Assembly (NCBI GenBank): GCA_035714745.1
Contig: DASTLR010000003.1
Coordinates: 161-64,160 of the forward strand
Direction: 5' to 3'
Origin: Minisyncoccota bacterium
GTDB taxonomy: Bacteria; Patescibacteriota; Minisyncoccia; Phycocordibacterales; UBA6065
DNA: 64,000 bases
Below, one piece after another: positions 28,750-37,185 of the stretch (position 1 is the first letter of the stretch; every line of letters starts with the position of its first letter). A program made the translations under genes and the position numbers. The notes beneath the pieces were generated by a model that saw nothing but the letters and a program-made list of their open reading frames with translations, made no database searches and had not been told where the DNA came from.

Positions 28750-30069
28750 TTACGGCGAGATTTTACGCCGGAAAATGCGTGGGAACGGAATGGCGTCGCG
28801 CACATGCGGGATGTTGAGCATCCAGCGGATCATGCGTTCGACCCCCATGCCGAAAGCCGCGTGAGGAACGCAGCCGAGTTGGTGGACGTCACGGACGAAT
28901 TCGAAGCGCGGATCACCATGCTTGCCCTTATCCTTGAGCCGCTCGTCGAGTTCGCGGAGTTGATGGATTTTCTCGGCGGTGCCGAGGAGCTCGCCGTAGC
29001 CATTGCTCGCGATCAGGTCGGCGACGCGAGTGATTCGCGTGTCGGCCGGATCGATGCAATACGGGAACGGTTCGATAGTCCGGGGTATCCCAGTGATCCA
29101 GAACGGGCGACCAGGAAAGAGCTTGGAGAGCAAGGTTTCCTCTTCGGAGCCGAGGCTCTTGCCAAACTCATGTTGCATGCCGAGCGACGAAAGGTGCTTG
29201 ACCGCCTCTTCGTAGCTGATGCGGGGATATGGAACGGACATGCCGTCGGTGCAGAGCGTCGTGCCGAGCACCTGGAGCTCTTCCGAGAGCTCCTTCTGGC
29301 ATTTCTTGGTGAGGAAACAGATGATGTCCTCAACCATCTTGATGATGCAGTCGAGGTCGCACCAAGCCACCTCGGCCTTGATATGCCAGTATTCCATGAG
29401 GTGCCGTTTGCTGCGGCCCTCTTCCCCGCGGAAGCTCGGTCCCATATTGTAGACGCGCTCGAAGGCGTGGACCGCCGCTTCGAGGTAGTATCCGACGCAT
29501 TGCGTCAAGAATACATCCTCGTCATGGACGGTCAGCTTCATGGCCGTGCCGTCTTCGTAGAGCGGCACCGGCGTGAGTATCGGCGCGTCGATCGATGTGA
29601 ACCGGTTGTCTCGGAACCACTGCCGCATGTGATGCATCAGGCTGTCCCGATATTTCAAGATGGCCATTACCTTCGGGTTGCGGAGGTAGATATGGCGGTT
29701 GGCGAGCAGATGGGGCGTCATGCCTTCTGCGAAGATGTCGAAGTCGGAGCGCGGGTGCGGATCGAATCCGCGGGTGACCCCGCCGACGAGCGTGATGTCA
29801 TGCGCGGCGATTTCGAGGCGGCCTTTAGGCGTCCTCGAAACGACTCCTTTGACGACGATGCCTGATTCGACAGGGATATCCCTGGCGATCTCAGACGCTC
29901 CGTTCGAGCCATGCTCGGCGGAGACGACGACTTGGATCTTGCCCGTGCTGTCGGACACATCCAAGAACGTGATGCGGCCCTGGTCCCGCTTGGAGGAGAC
30001 CCAGCCTGACAAGTCGACCTGGTCTCCGGGTTGAGCCCGGAGGAGGTCGGCTACGAATACAGTCTTCAT
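28750..30069 (-). CDS. Asparagine--tRNA ligase-like paralog with altered amino-acid pocket
   Basis: AsnRS architecture (OB-fold, NRHIYLR, YLEA, FRGE..RH..EYW, ADL..NGYGE, PHAAFGMGVER), but QCVG, HIKAE and GTAEKI replace the usual QSGQ, H.E.E and GGSQRE. Confidence 0.8.
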   Translation of the reverse strand: MKTVFVADLLRAQPGDQVDLSGWVSSKRDQGRITFLDVSDSTGKIQVVVSAEHGSNGASEIARDIPVESGIVVKGVVSRTPKGRLEIAAHDITLVGGVTRGFDPHPRSDFDIFAEGMTPHLLANRHIYLRNPKVMAILKYRDSLMHHMRQWFRDNRFTSIDAPILTPVPLYEDGTAMKLTVHDEDVFLTQCVGYYLEAAVHAFERVYNMGPSFRGEEGRSKRHLMEYWHIKAEVAWCDLDCIIKMVEDIICFLTKKCQKELSEELQVLGTTLCTDGMSVPYPRISYEEAVKHLSSLGMQHEFGKSLGSEEETLLSKLFPGRPFWITGIPRTIEPFPYCIDPADTRITRVADLIASNGYGELLGTAEKIHQLRELDERLKDKGKHGDPRFEFVRDVHQLGCVPHAAFGMGVERMIRWMLNIPHVRDAIPFPRIFRRKISP

Positions 30070-30176
30070 AGTCTGACCCTTCCTTGGTTGGTTATTGTAT
30101 CGGTTTCGAGGAACTTCGGTCTGTGCCGGAGTCTTGTTTCACATTAATGAAAAAAGCAAACTGTGTCAATACCTAC

Positions 30177-31211
30177 TTAGAATTCGATGGATATGGTTCG
30201 GGCGGCCGGGTCGATTCGCACCTTTCTACCATACGGTATGGGTATCTGAGGATGTGTGTGCCCAAAATCAAGATTTTGTATTACTGGCGCCTTTGGATTG
30301 TATCGACGGAATTCTGCGAGCACATGTTCCCGCTGTTCGCGCCTGTAAGCAGCTTTAGCAGATGACCCTTTCGGGTCCGAAAAGTTCCACGCTTTTGGAC
30401 GGCCCACAAGGAGGCCTTTGGCAGCTCCTAAGATTTTCTTTCTTCCGAGCTTCCTTAGTATCGAAGCGACTTTTCGAGCAGATGGCACTTCTTCTGAGGT
30501 CTCAATGAGCAGAACCGCGTCCTTGAATTGATCAAGTGTCGGCATATCATTTCCCGAATCAAGCATTGCATTGATTGACTCAAGACAACCACCCCATGTT
30601 ATTCCCTCCACTATCAAGTCTCCGTCCCAGAACCAACCCTCATTTGGTTCGAAACATCGCTCCTGCTTAAGCGACTCTGGATTACTCCAGTCGACGTCGA
30701 CATCAGAGTATACGCTACTCGACATGAGGTCCACCCGGCCCTTCCTGAAGAGCGCCTGATTGATAAAACGATCTGTGAACTTATCAGGTCCTTCCTTGTG
30801 GGCGAATTGGGTGAAGAGTGCCGCGCCGTAATACGAAGGCACGCCAAGGAGCCAGAGGAAACTCATGAAATGGGTATTGTCGCTGAAGCCAAAAAAAGGC
30901 TTAGGGTTTAATGCGAACGGTTTCCGAGGCAAGAGCTTCATATATGTTGCCTGATCATCGCCACCAAGAGTGGTCACTACCCCTTTGATTTCCGAGTCAG
31001 AGAAGGCTGCAACTAGATCATTGATACGCTCGTCGACTGACGCGCCGAGTTTTCCTGTTGAGGGATATTCTACGGGGATAAGCCCGAGCTTACGGATTTG
31101 CTTCAAGCCAAGCTCATATACATGAGGCCACTTCCCCGGCGCGGCAAATGAAGGTGATAATATTGCCACCTTGTCACCTCTTTGGAGTTTTCGGAGTCTC
31201 TTGAATCTCAC
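30177..31211 (-). CDS. S66 peptidase, MccF (microcin C immunity)-like
   Basis: GDKVAILSPS, GGDD, FGFSDNT (Ser), LIETSEE (Glu), DFGHT.P (His), Trp-containing loop YSDVDVDWSNP; GTG start 6 nt after TATGAT. Confidence 0.8.
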   Translation of the reverse strand: MRFKRLRKLQRGDKVAILSPSFAAPGKWPHVYELGLKQIRKLGLIPVEYPSTGKLGASVDERINDLVAAFSDSEIKGVVTTLGGDDQATYMKLLPRKPFALNPKPFFGFSDNTHFMSFLWLLGVPSYYGAALFTQFAHKEGPDKFTDRFINQALFRKGRVDLMSSSVYSDVDVDWSNPESLKQERCFEPNEGWFWDGDLIVEGITWGGCLESINAMLDSGNDMPTLDQFKDAVLLIETSEEVPSARKVASILRKLGRKKILGAAKGLLVGRPKAWNFSDPKGSSAKAAYRREQREHVLAEFRRYNPKAPVIQNLDFGHTHPQIPIPYGRKVRIDPAARTISIEF

Positions 31212-31235
31212 AAGATAATCATACGATATAAACAT

Positions 31236-31258
31236 AAAAAGGGCGCCGTAAGGCGCCC
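31236..31258 (-). terminator. Terminator after amidohydrolase
   Basis: GGGCGCC-ttac-GGCGCCC-TTTTT on the minus strand. Confidence 0.75.
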
Positions 31259-31263
31259 ATCTC

Positions 31264-32298
31264 TCAAAACCCAAAAAAAGCTTCGGCGTTCTTGCGAAAG
31301 ATCCGTTGCTTTGCCTGGTCTCGCATCTCGAGAGGCAAACTCTCGATAGCATTCCGAAGAGCGGTAAGGCAGAGCCAATGGCTATGCTCAGCCCCTTTAG
31401 CCAAGTGTCCATAGACCTTGTGCTCTTCCGGATCGGTCCAATGATACTGATACGATGTGACGATCCGCTGGCCCTTTTCCGGGTGAACATAGGGCCGCGA
31501 CCTGATTAGGTTAAGAGGTTCGTCGCTCCCATACATGATACGGCTGATACCGAAAGATTCGATAGCGAGCTTCATAACCTCTTCCGACGGGTTAAGCGAT
31601 GTATCCATGCTCACGTTCGGAGCTTCAGCGATTCGGCGATAGGCTTCGGCTAAGCCAGATACAACGAATTTCGTCGAACCGAGGTGGGCGATTGATATTC
31701 GTAAGGCTGGGAAATCCGTAACGACCTTCATCAGATCATCCTGGCTTTCCACAATCATCCGGGGTAGATGAAGGATAATCGGGATACCAAATCGCTCAGC
31801 CGCCACAAGGATCTCTGGAGGAAAACATTGATAGATCTCTTTGGCTGTTGGCTCGACATACGAATAATACATTTTGAGTGCCGAAACACGTGGGTGGAGC
31901 AACATCCGAATCGTATACTCGGGATCCTCTGGCAGGCCAAATAAGGCGACCCGATCATTTGGCGGGCTATCAGAGAGCAGATACTGGTTCACTTTGCGAT
32001 GGTCTATGCCCCGGAAAGTTTTAGCGAATCGGAGCGACCTGATCGATTTACCAGGGTGAAAAACCTCTCTTACCTTTTCCGACTCCTCGATCGAAAAGCA
32101 AGGGAAAGTCGAGAGCATATGACGAAAGGTCTTTTCGCCCATATCTCGGATATGCTCAGGAAGTGTTGCATGGGCATGACAATCGACGATATCGCTTGGC
32201 AGCCAACGAGTGAATGACTCGATGGATGTTTTCTCTCGGTCAGAGAGCGCCATGGCATGCGCGAGATACGCATCTCTGTTTATAGTTGTTGCGAGCAT
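31264..32298 (-). CDS. Amidohydrolase-family (TIM barrel) metallohydrolase
   Basis: IVDCHAH, ALKMY, ILHLP, IAHLG, MYGSDEP, RIFRKNA. Confidence 0.8.
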   Translation of the reverse strand: MLATTINRDAYLAHAMALSDREKTSIESFTRWLPSDIVDCHAHATLPEHIRDMGEKTFRHMLSTFPCFSIEESEKVREVFHPGKSIRSLRFAKTFRGIDHRKVNQYLLSDSPPNDRVALFGLPEDPEYTIRMLLHPRVSALKMYYSYVEPTAKEIYQCFPPEILVAAERFGIPIILHLPRMIVESQDDLMKVVTDFPALRISIAHLGSTKFVVSGLAEAYRRIAEAPNVSMDTSLNPSEEVMKLAIESFGISRIMYGSDEPLNLIRSRPYVHPEKGQRIVTSYQYHWTDPEEHKVYGHLAKGAEHSHWLCLTALRNAIESLPLEMRDQAKQRIFRKNAEAFFGF

Positions 32299-32370
32299 GT
32301 GTTGTCTATTTGAGTGTTCATCTCTTAATAGAGCCTACATGCCGCAGATCGAGCAGTCAACCTGTGTACT

Positions 32371-33678
32371 CTACGGCGTCAAACGCTTAACACCTCGATA
32401 AAGATACGTCACATCTCTCACGTTCGAGATGCCGAACACTTTCATTAGCATGCGTGTTGGGCCCGGAGCGAATCCTCCATGTGGGGGACAGCCGTACCTG
32501 AAGAAATCGATATAGGTCTTGAATGAAGCGAGGTTGAGACCTTGCTCCTCGATCTGTTTCGATAATCTCTCAACACGATGCTCCCTTTGGGCTCCGCTCG
32601 TTATCTCGACCCCATTCCATAGGAGGTCAAAGCTTTTGGTGATTGTCGGGTCCTTTTCATCTCGCATGCTGTAGAATGCTCTTACTTCAGTCGGGAAATC
32701 ATGGATAAATACGAATTCATGGCCGAATTTCTCTTTGACATACTCGCATATAGCCCGCTCTTCTTCTGGGCTCATGTCGCCGCCACGCTCATTCGGAATG
32801 CCTCTAGCGGCAAGTATTTTTTTTACTTCACGGATCGATATTCTTGGGAACGGAAGAGCGGGCACAGGCAAATCTCTGCCGTATATCTTAAGAATTTCGT
32901 CGCCGTGCTTTTTTTTGACGGCGGCTATCATCGCCGTCACCATTTTTTCTTCTTGATCCATTAGGTCATGATGTGACGATATATATGACATTTCGATATC
33001 ATACATAGTGAACTCGGTGTCATGTCGGGAAGTGAAAGAAGGATTCGCTCTGAATACAGGACCTACTTCGAAGACACGCTCGAATCCCGCCGCCATCGCC
33101 ATTTGCTTGTACAGCTGAGGAGATTGGGCGAGCTTGGCCGTCTCGTCGAAATATTTCACTTCGAACAGCTCGGCGCCTGACTCTGACGCAGTTGATATGA
33201 GCTTTGGCGAATGAATCTCTATGAAATCGTTTTCGATACAGTACGTTCTAAAGGCCTGCTCCATTGTCGTCCAGACCTTGAATATAAGAGCATTCTCAGG
33301 TTTACGGAGATCGATCCACCTCCAGTCAAGACGTATCTGCTGATCAGTTTCTTCGTTTCCCTTCTTTACGACTACGGGTATAGGCAGCTCTGGATCTGCG
33401 ACAGAGAGTATTTCGAGCCGCGTTATCTCTATCTCTACCCCTCCAGGGGCTTGATCGGCTTTTTTTGCCTTACCTGCGAGTGCGATGACGGATTCGAGCG
33501 AAAGCGTCTTTAATTTTTCGAACTCGGGATTGTCTTTAGTGGCGAGCGCTTGAACCGTGCCTGTTATATCGCGAAGCACTACGAAGATAATCTTGCTCTG
33601 TACTCGCAGGGCATGCACGAATCCCCTAACGACTATTTCTTCTCCCACATGGGCTGCGACTTCCTTGGCGTGGATCAT
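32371..33678 (-). CDS. aspS: Aspartate--tRNA(Asp/Asn) ligase, archaeal/short type (copy 2; L1 loop APGG, non-discriminating-like)
   Basis: GFVHALR, QAPGGVEI, LAQSPQLYKQ, FRANPSFTSRHDTEF, SGAQREH, PPHGGF. Confidence 0.92.
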   Translation of the reverse strand: MIHAKEVAAHVGEEIVVRGFVHALRVQSKIIFVVLRDITGTVQALATKDNPEFEKLKTLSLESVIALAGKAKKADQAPGGVEIEITRLEILSVADPELPIPVVVKKGNEETDQQIRLDWRWIDLRKPENALIFKVWTTMEQAFRTYCIENDFIEIHSPKLISTASESGAELFEVKYFDETAKLAQSPQLYKQMAMAAGFERVFEVGPVFRANPSFTSRHDTEFTMYDIEMSYISSHHDLMDQEEKMVTAMIAAVKKKHGDEILKIYGRDLPVPALPFPRISIREVKKILAARGIPNERGGDMSPEEERAICEYVKEKFGHEFVFIHDFPTEVRAFYSMRDEKDPTITKSFDLLWNGVEITSGAQREHRVERLSKQIEEQGLNLASFKTYIDFFRYGCPPHGGFAPGPTRMLMKVFGISNVRDVTYLYRGVKRLTP

Positions 33679-33699
33679 ATAATGATATTTGTATCGGAG

Positions 33700-33855
33700 A
33701 AATAAAAGACCCTCCGAACTCATAGGCTTGTAATGAATTCGCAGGGGCGATTTAGATCGCGGTGCCACCCTGTCTTATAACTCTGTGCCGCGTGCGTGCG
33801 GCGCCCGGAGGCCATCCTCTTCCTCGCCGGTCGTTACTCGGGTCGTCGGAGTCGT
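33700..33855 (-). promoter_or_regulatory. T-box riboswitch (transcription attenuator) with ultra-short Stem I
   Basis: AGGG-TGGCACC-GCG...CGC-CCCT antiterminator (33743-33771); overlapping terminator with TCTTTTATTT; K-turn-like short stem with loop AGTAACGAC (33830-33838). Confidence 0.85.
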
Positions 33856-33859
33856 ATAT

Positions 33860-33888
33860 ATGCTATAGCTTTTGGGCGGCTTTTGCAA
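33860..33888 (-). promoter_or_regulatory. Promoter for the T-box/aspS-2 transcript
   Basis: TTGCAA-17-TAGCAT on the minus strand. Confidence 0.5.
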
Positions 33889-33894
33889 CCGCTC

Positions 33895-35643
33895 TCAGGA
33901 AAGCGCCTGCAGGTCGTGGAGCTTCTTGAATTCGCCGCCCCGTTTGACCAGCTCGTCGTATGTCCCGGCTTCGACGATCTTGCCATCCTTGAACATCAGG
34001 ATGGTGTCGGCCTTGCGGACGGTCGAAAGCCTGTGGGCGATGATGATGGTCGTCCTGCCCTTCATGATCTCGTCGAGGGACTGCACGATATGGCGCTCGC
34101 TGGCCGCGTCGAGGGCGGATGTAGGCTCGTCGAGGATGAGGATCTTTGGATCGCGCAGGAAGGCCCGGGCGATGGCGATGCGCTGCTTCTGGCCGACGGA
34201 GAGCTTCAGTCCGCGCTCGCCGACTTTCTGCTGCCACTGCTCGGGCAAGCGCTCGATGAAGTCGCACTTGGCGAGCCGTGCGGCGCGCTTGACCTCGTCG
34301 TCGGTCGCTTCTGGCTTGCCGTAGCGGATATTGTCCAAGATGGTGCTATTAAAGAGGGTGATCTCCTGCGACACCACGGCGATAGTGGAGCGGAGCGATT
34401 TCAGGTCTACCCTGCGCGTGTCGACGCCGCCGACTTCGACCGCTCCCGACTGCGGCAGATAATACGCCGAGATCAGGTCGATGATGCTCGACTTCCCCAC
34501 GCCCGATTCGCCGACCAGGGCGACCACTTTGCCTTCAGGGACTTGGAACGAGAGCCCTTCGAGCACGGGGCCGCCGTTGTCGTACGAGAACGATACGTCC
34601 TTAAAGGCAATGTCATGGCGGTCGGGCGCCAGAGGCAAGCCCTGGTACGCTTCTTCCTTCTCTATGAGGATCTTGTCAGAGTCCTCCAGGGCGATCAGGC
34701 TGTTCTGGATGCTGCGCCACTGCCTAAAGAATTGCTGGAGCGGCCCAAAGAACTGGCTGGCGTACGAGACCATGGCGCTAAAGACTCCGATGGTCAGGTG
34801 GCCGTCGCGGATGCCCATATATGCGACCCACAGGCCCAGAGCCCGGGCCGTGTTGCCCACGATGCTCTGGAGCAGGGCCATATTCCTCTGCTGGTTATAG
34901 AGCTTGGTGCGGGCCGAGAGCGACTCGTCGAACCATGCCGCGCGCATGCGCTCGCCCTCGGAAGCCTCAAGAGCGGCCTCCTTTACCATGCGCACGTTAA
35001 AGAGCGCGTCGTTGGCGATGCCGCGGGCCTTGGAGTACGAGTCGTTCACTTCGCGCTGGAGTCGGGCGAACTTCTGCAGGGTCGATATGGATATCGCCGA
35101 ATAGACGATCCCCGCCGCGAGCAGGATCCACCCGACTTCCCTCTGGGCCCTAAAGATAAAGACCAGGGCGAAGGCCACATAGACGAGCAACGGCAAAAGG
35201 TTGAAGACGTACTCAGACCAGAACATCGGTATGGCGCTGACGCCGCGCTGGACCTTTTCGGATACCTCTCCCTGGCGGTTCGTCTTGTGAAAGGATATCG
35301 GCAGGCGCAAGAGGCGCATATAGATGCGGTGCAGGTAGGTCAGGCGCATGCTCTCGTCCACGAATTGGGAGAGCCGTCCCTGGTAGTTGGCCACAAAGCT
35401 CGTGCCAAAGGTGATGGCCACCAGGAGGGCGATCATCTGGAGCGTCTGGGTCTCTGCCTTGCCGCTGACGATCGAGTCGATGACCCGCCCAAGGACTAAC
35501 GGAAAGGCGGCGTTGAGCAAGCCCAGGCCAAGGATGAGGACGAGTACGACAGATAGCCGCCCGCGGAAGCCCTTGGTAGTCTCGAACATCACGCCCAGCC
35601 CCTTCATGGCGTCAGAGAAGGTGTATGACTTTTCCTTTTTCAT
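33895..35643 (-). CDS. ABC exporter, fused TMD-NBD (MsbA-like)
   Basis: TM helices, GESGVGKS, LSVGQKQR, LILDEPTSALD, IAHRLST. Confidence 0.93.
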   Translation of the reverse strand: MKKEKSYTFSDAMKGLGVMFETTKGFRGRLSVVLVLILGLGLLNAAFPLVLGRVIDSIVSGKAETQTLQMIALLVAITFGTSFVANYQGRLSQFVDESMRLTYLHRIYMRLLRLPISFHKTNRQGEVSEKVQRGVSAIPMFWSEYVFNLLPLLVYVAFALVFIFRAQREVGWILLAAGIVYSAISISTLQKFARLQREVNDSYSKARGIANDALFNVRMVKEAALEASEGERMRAAWFDESLSARTKLYNQQRNMALLQSIVGNTARALGLWVAYMGIRDGHLTIGVFSAMVSYASQFFGPLQQFFRQWRSIQNSLIALEDSDKILIEKEEAYQGLPLAPDRHDIAFKDVSFSYDNGGPVLEGLSFQVPEGKVVALVGESGVGKSSIIDLISAYYLPQSGAVEVGGVDTRRVDLKSLRSTIAVVSQEITLFNSTILDNIRYGKPEATDDEVKRAARLAKCDFIERLPEQWQQKVGERGLKLSVGQKQRIAIARAFLRDPKILILDEPTSALDAASERHIVQSLDEIMKGRTTIIIAHRLSTVRKADTILMFKDGKIVEAGTYDELVKRGGEFKKLHDLQALS

Positions 35644-36618
35644 TTAAAGCGTCACGCCGATGTTCTGTTTAACCTCCTTCATGGTGGCGTTGGCCCTTTT
35701 AGCGGCGCGCTTGGCGCCTTTTTCGAGCATCTTTACGACTTTGGCGCGGTTCTGGGCGATCTTCTCGCGGCGCTCGCGCAGAGGGCGGATAAAGTCCTGG
35801 AGGTCTTTGACCAGGGCCTCCTTGAGGATCTTGTACTTGCCCCTGTTCTCGGTATAGAGCCTGTCCAGATATTCCTTGTCGCGGATCAGCTCGTGGATGG
35901 CATAGACATTTGTAGGGATGCCCAGACTCCCCGCCCCGCCCGAGTCGGTGACGATGCCCATGCAGAACGTGCGGATCTCCTCATCCGGAGCGAAGAGCCC
36001 CAGGTCGTTGCCGTAGCTCTTCGACATCTTGCGGCCGTCCTGGCCAGGAACCACTTTGACGTCGTCCATGATGAACGGTTCGGGCAATTTGAAGGTCGGG
36101 CCAAAGAGGGCGTTGAATTTCTGGGCGGTGTCGCGCGCGTACTCGATGTGCTGCTTCTGGTCCTGCCCTACCGGCACGGCGTCGGCGCCATAGAGGAGGA
36201 TGTCCGCCGCCATAAGCATGGGATAGTTGAAGGTGCCGACGGAGATCTCCTTGTCCTTGGCCTCGGCGTCCTTGTAGGCGTGAGCGCGCATCAGGTACGG
36301 CATGGTGGTGATGGTGTCGAAGATCCATGCTAATTCGGTGTGGGCCGGGACGTCGGACTGCTTGAAGATGACCGCCTTGCGCGGGTCCAAGCCGATAGCC
36401 AGGTAGTCGATGGCCAGGTCGACGATGTTCTCGCGCATAGCCGCTCCGTTCTGGACGAAGTTCAGGGCGTGATAGTCGGCGATCATGAAGTAGCACTCGT
36501 ACTTGCCGCTCTGGAAGAGGCTGACGAACTGGCGCATGGCGCCGAAATAGTTGCCGATATGAGGGCGGCCGGTCGGCTTGACGCCCGAGAGGAGGGTCTT
36601 GCGAGGGGTTATTGCCAT
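35644..36618 (-). CDS. trpS: Tryptophan--tRNA ligase
   Basis: SGVKPTG.PHIGNY, YPMLMAADIL, VPVGQDQ.QH, KMSKS. Confidence 0.96.
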   Translation of the reverse strand: MAITPRKTLLSGVKPTGRPHIGNYFGAMRQFVSLFQSGKYECYFMIADYHALNFVQNGAAMRENIVDLAIDYLAIGLDPRKAVIFKQSDVPAHTELAWIFDTITTMPYLMRAHAYKDAEAKDKEISVGTFNYPMLMAADILLYGADAVPVGQDQKQHIEYARDTAQKFNALFGPTFKLPEPFIMDDVKVVPGQDGRKMSKSYGNDLGLFAPDEEIRTFCMGIVTDSGGAGSLGIPTNVYAIHELIRDKEYLDRLYTENRGKYKILKEALVKDLQDFIRPLRERREKIAQNRAKVVKMLEKGAKRAAKRANATMKEVKQNIGVTL

Positions 36619-36662
36619 GCGGAAATGATAGCAGATTATGGCCGCGTTTTCACGCTTTGGAG

Positions 36663-36953
36663 CTATTCCATCCAGGAGCGGTTGATGACTATCTTTTTCA
36701 CATCGACCTCCCTCTGCAAGTATCGTTCAAGCTCGCCGAGAGAGACAAAATACGCCTGGCCAGCTCTGTCTGCGCGCAAACCGCCCTGTTTGACCCATTT
36801 GAGGACGGCCGCACGGCTGACTCCCATATAGTCGGCGATTTCCTTTAGAGAGAAAAAGAACGAATCATAGGGCGCTTTGTTGCGAGTGACGAAGCGCTCG
36901 TTCGAGAACGCTCCTTCGCCGTGGTCGAACATCTTCTGCAGGGATTTTTCCAT
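36663..36953 (-). CDS. Small excisionase-like HTH DNA-binding protein
   Basis: FSLKEIADYMGVSRAAVLKWVKQGGLRA...Y.V...EL. Confidence 0.7.
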   Translation of the reverse strand: MEKSLQKMFDHGEGAFSNERFVTRNKAPYDSFFFSLKEIADYMGVSRAAVLKWVKQGGLRADRAGQAYFVSLGELERYLQREVDVKKIVINRSWME

Positions 36954-37041
36954 AGACTAGACTGATTACGCCTTTACTGCTAAAGCGGGGCGAGAGATCA
37001 AAGGCGAATCTCCGCTGGTGGTCGGCATAAGCAAAAGGCAA

Positions 37042-37107
37042 GTTAGCAATTGCTAACCAGCTGATTCCTATATTCCTAGCTATTTTTCGCAGTCAGCAGT
37101 TGCCAAC
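37042..37107. promoter_or_regulatory. Pair of palindromic operator-like sites
   Basis: Perfect GTTAGCAATTGCTAAC (37042-37057) and degenerate GTCAGCAGTTGCCAAC (37092-37107) upstream of the HTH gene. Confidence 0.5.
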
Positions 37108-37185
37108 TTTGAATTTGAAACACGTCTTCCCTCTGCCCTTCACCTTCTTCAATGTAGCGAGCAAATGATCACGCGATCATATCAC

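Noticed and set aside
28246-35499. Long plus-strand ORFs (539 aa at 28246, 567 aa at 33796) and similar antisense ORFs over dnaK, dnaB, hisS and the giant gene
   Set aside because: They are shadow frames of well-supported opposite-strand genes in GC-rich DNA, with no recognisable motifs.
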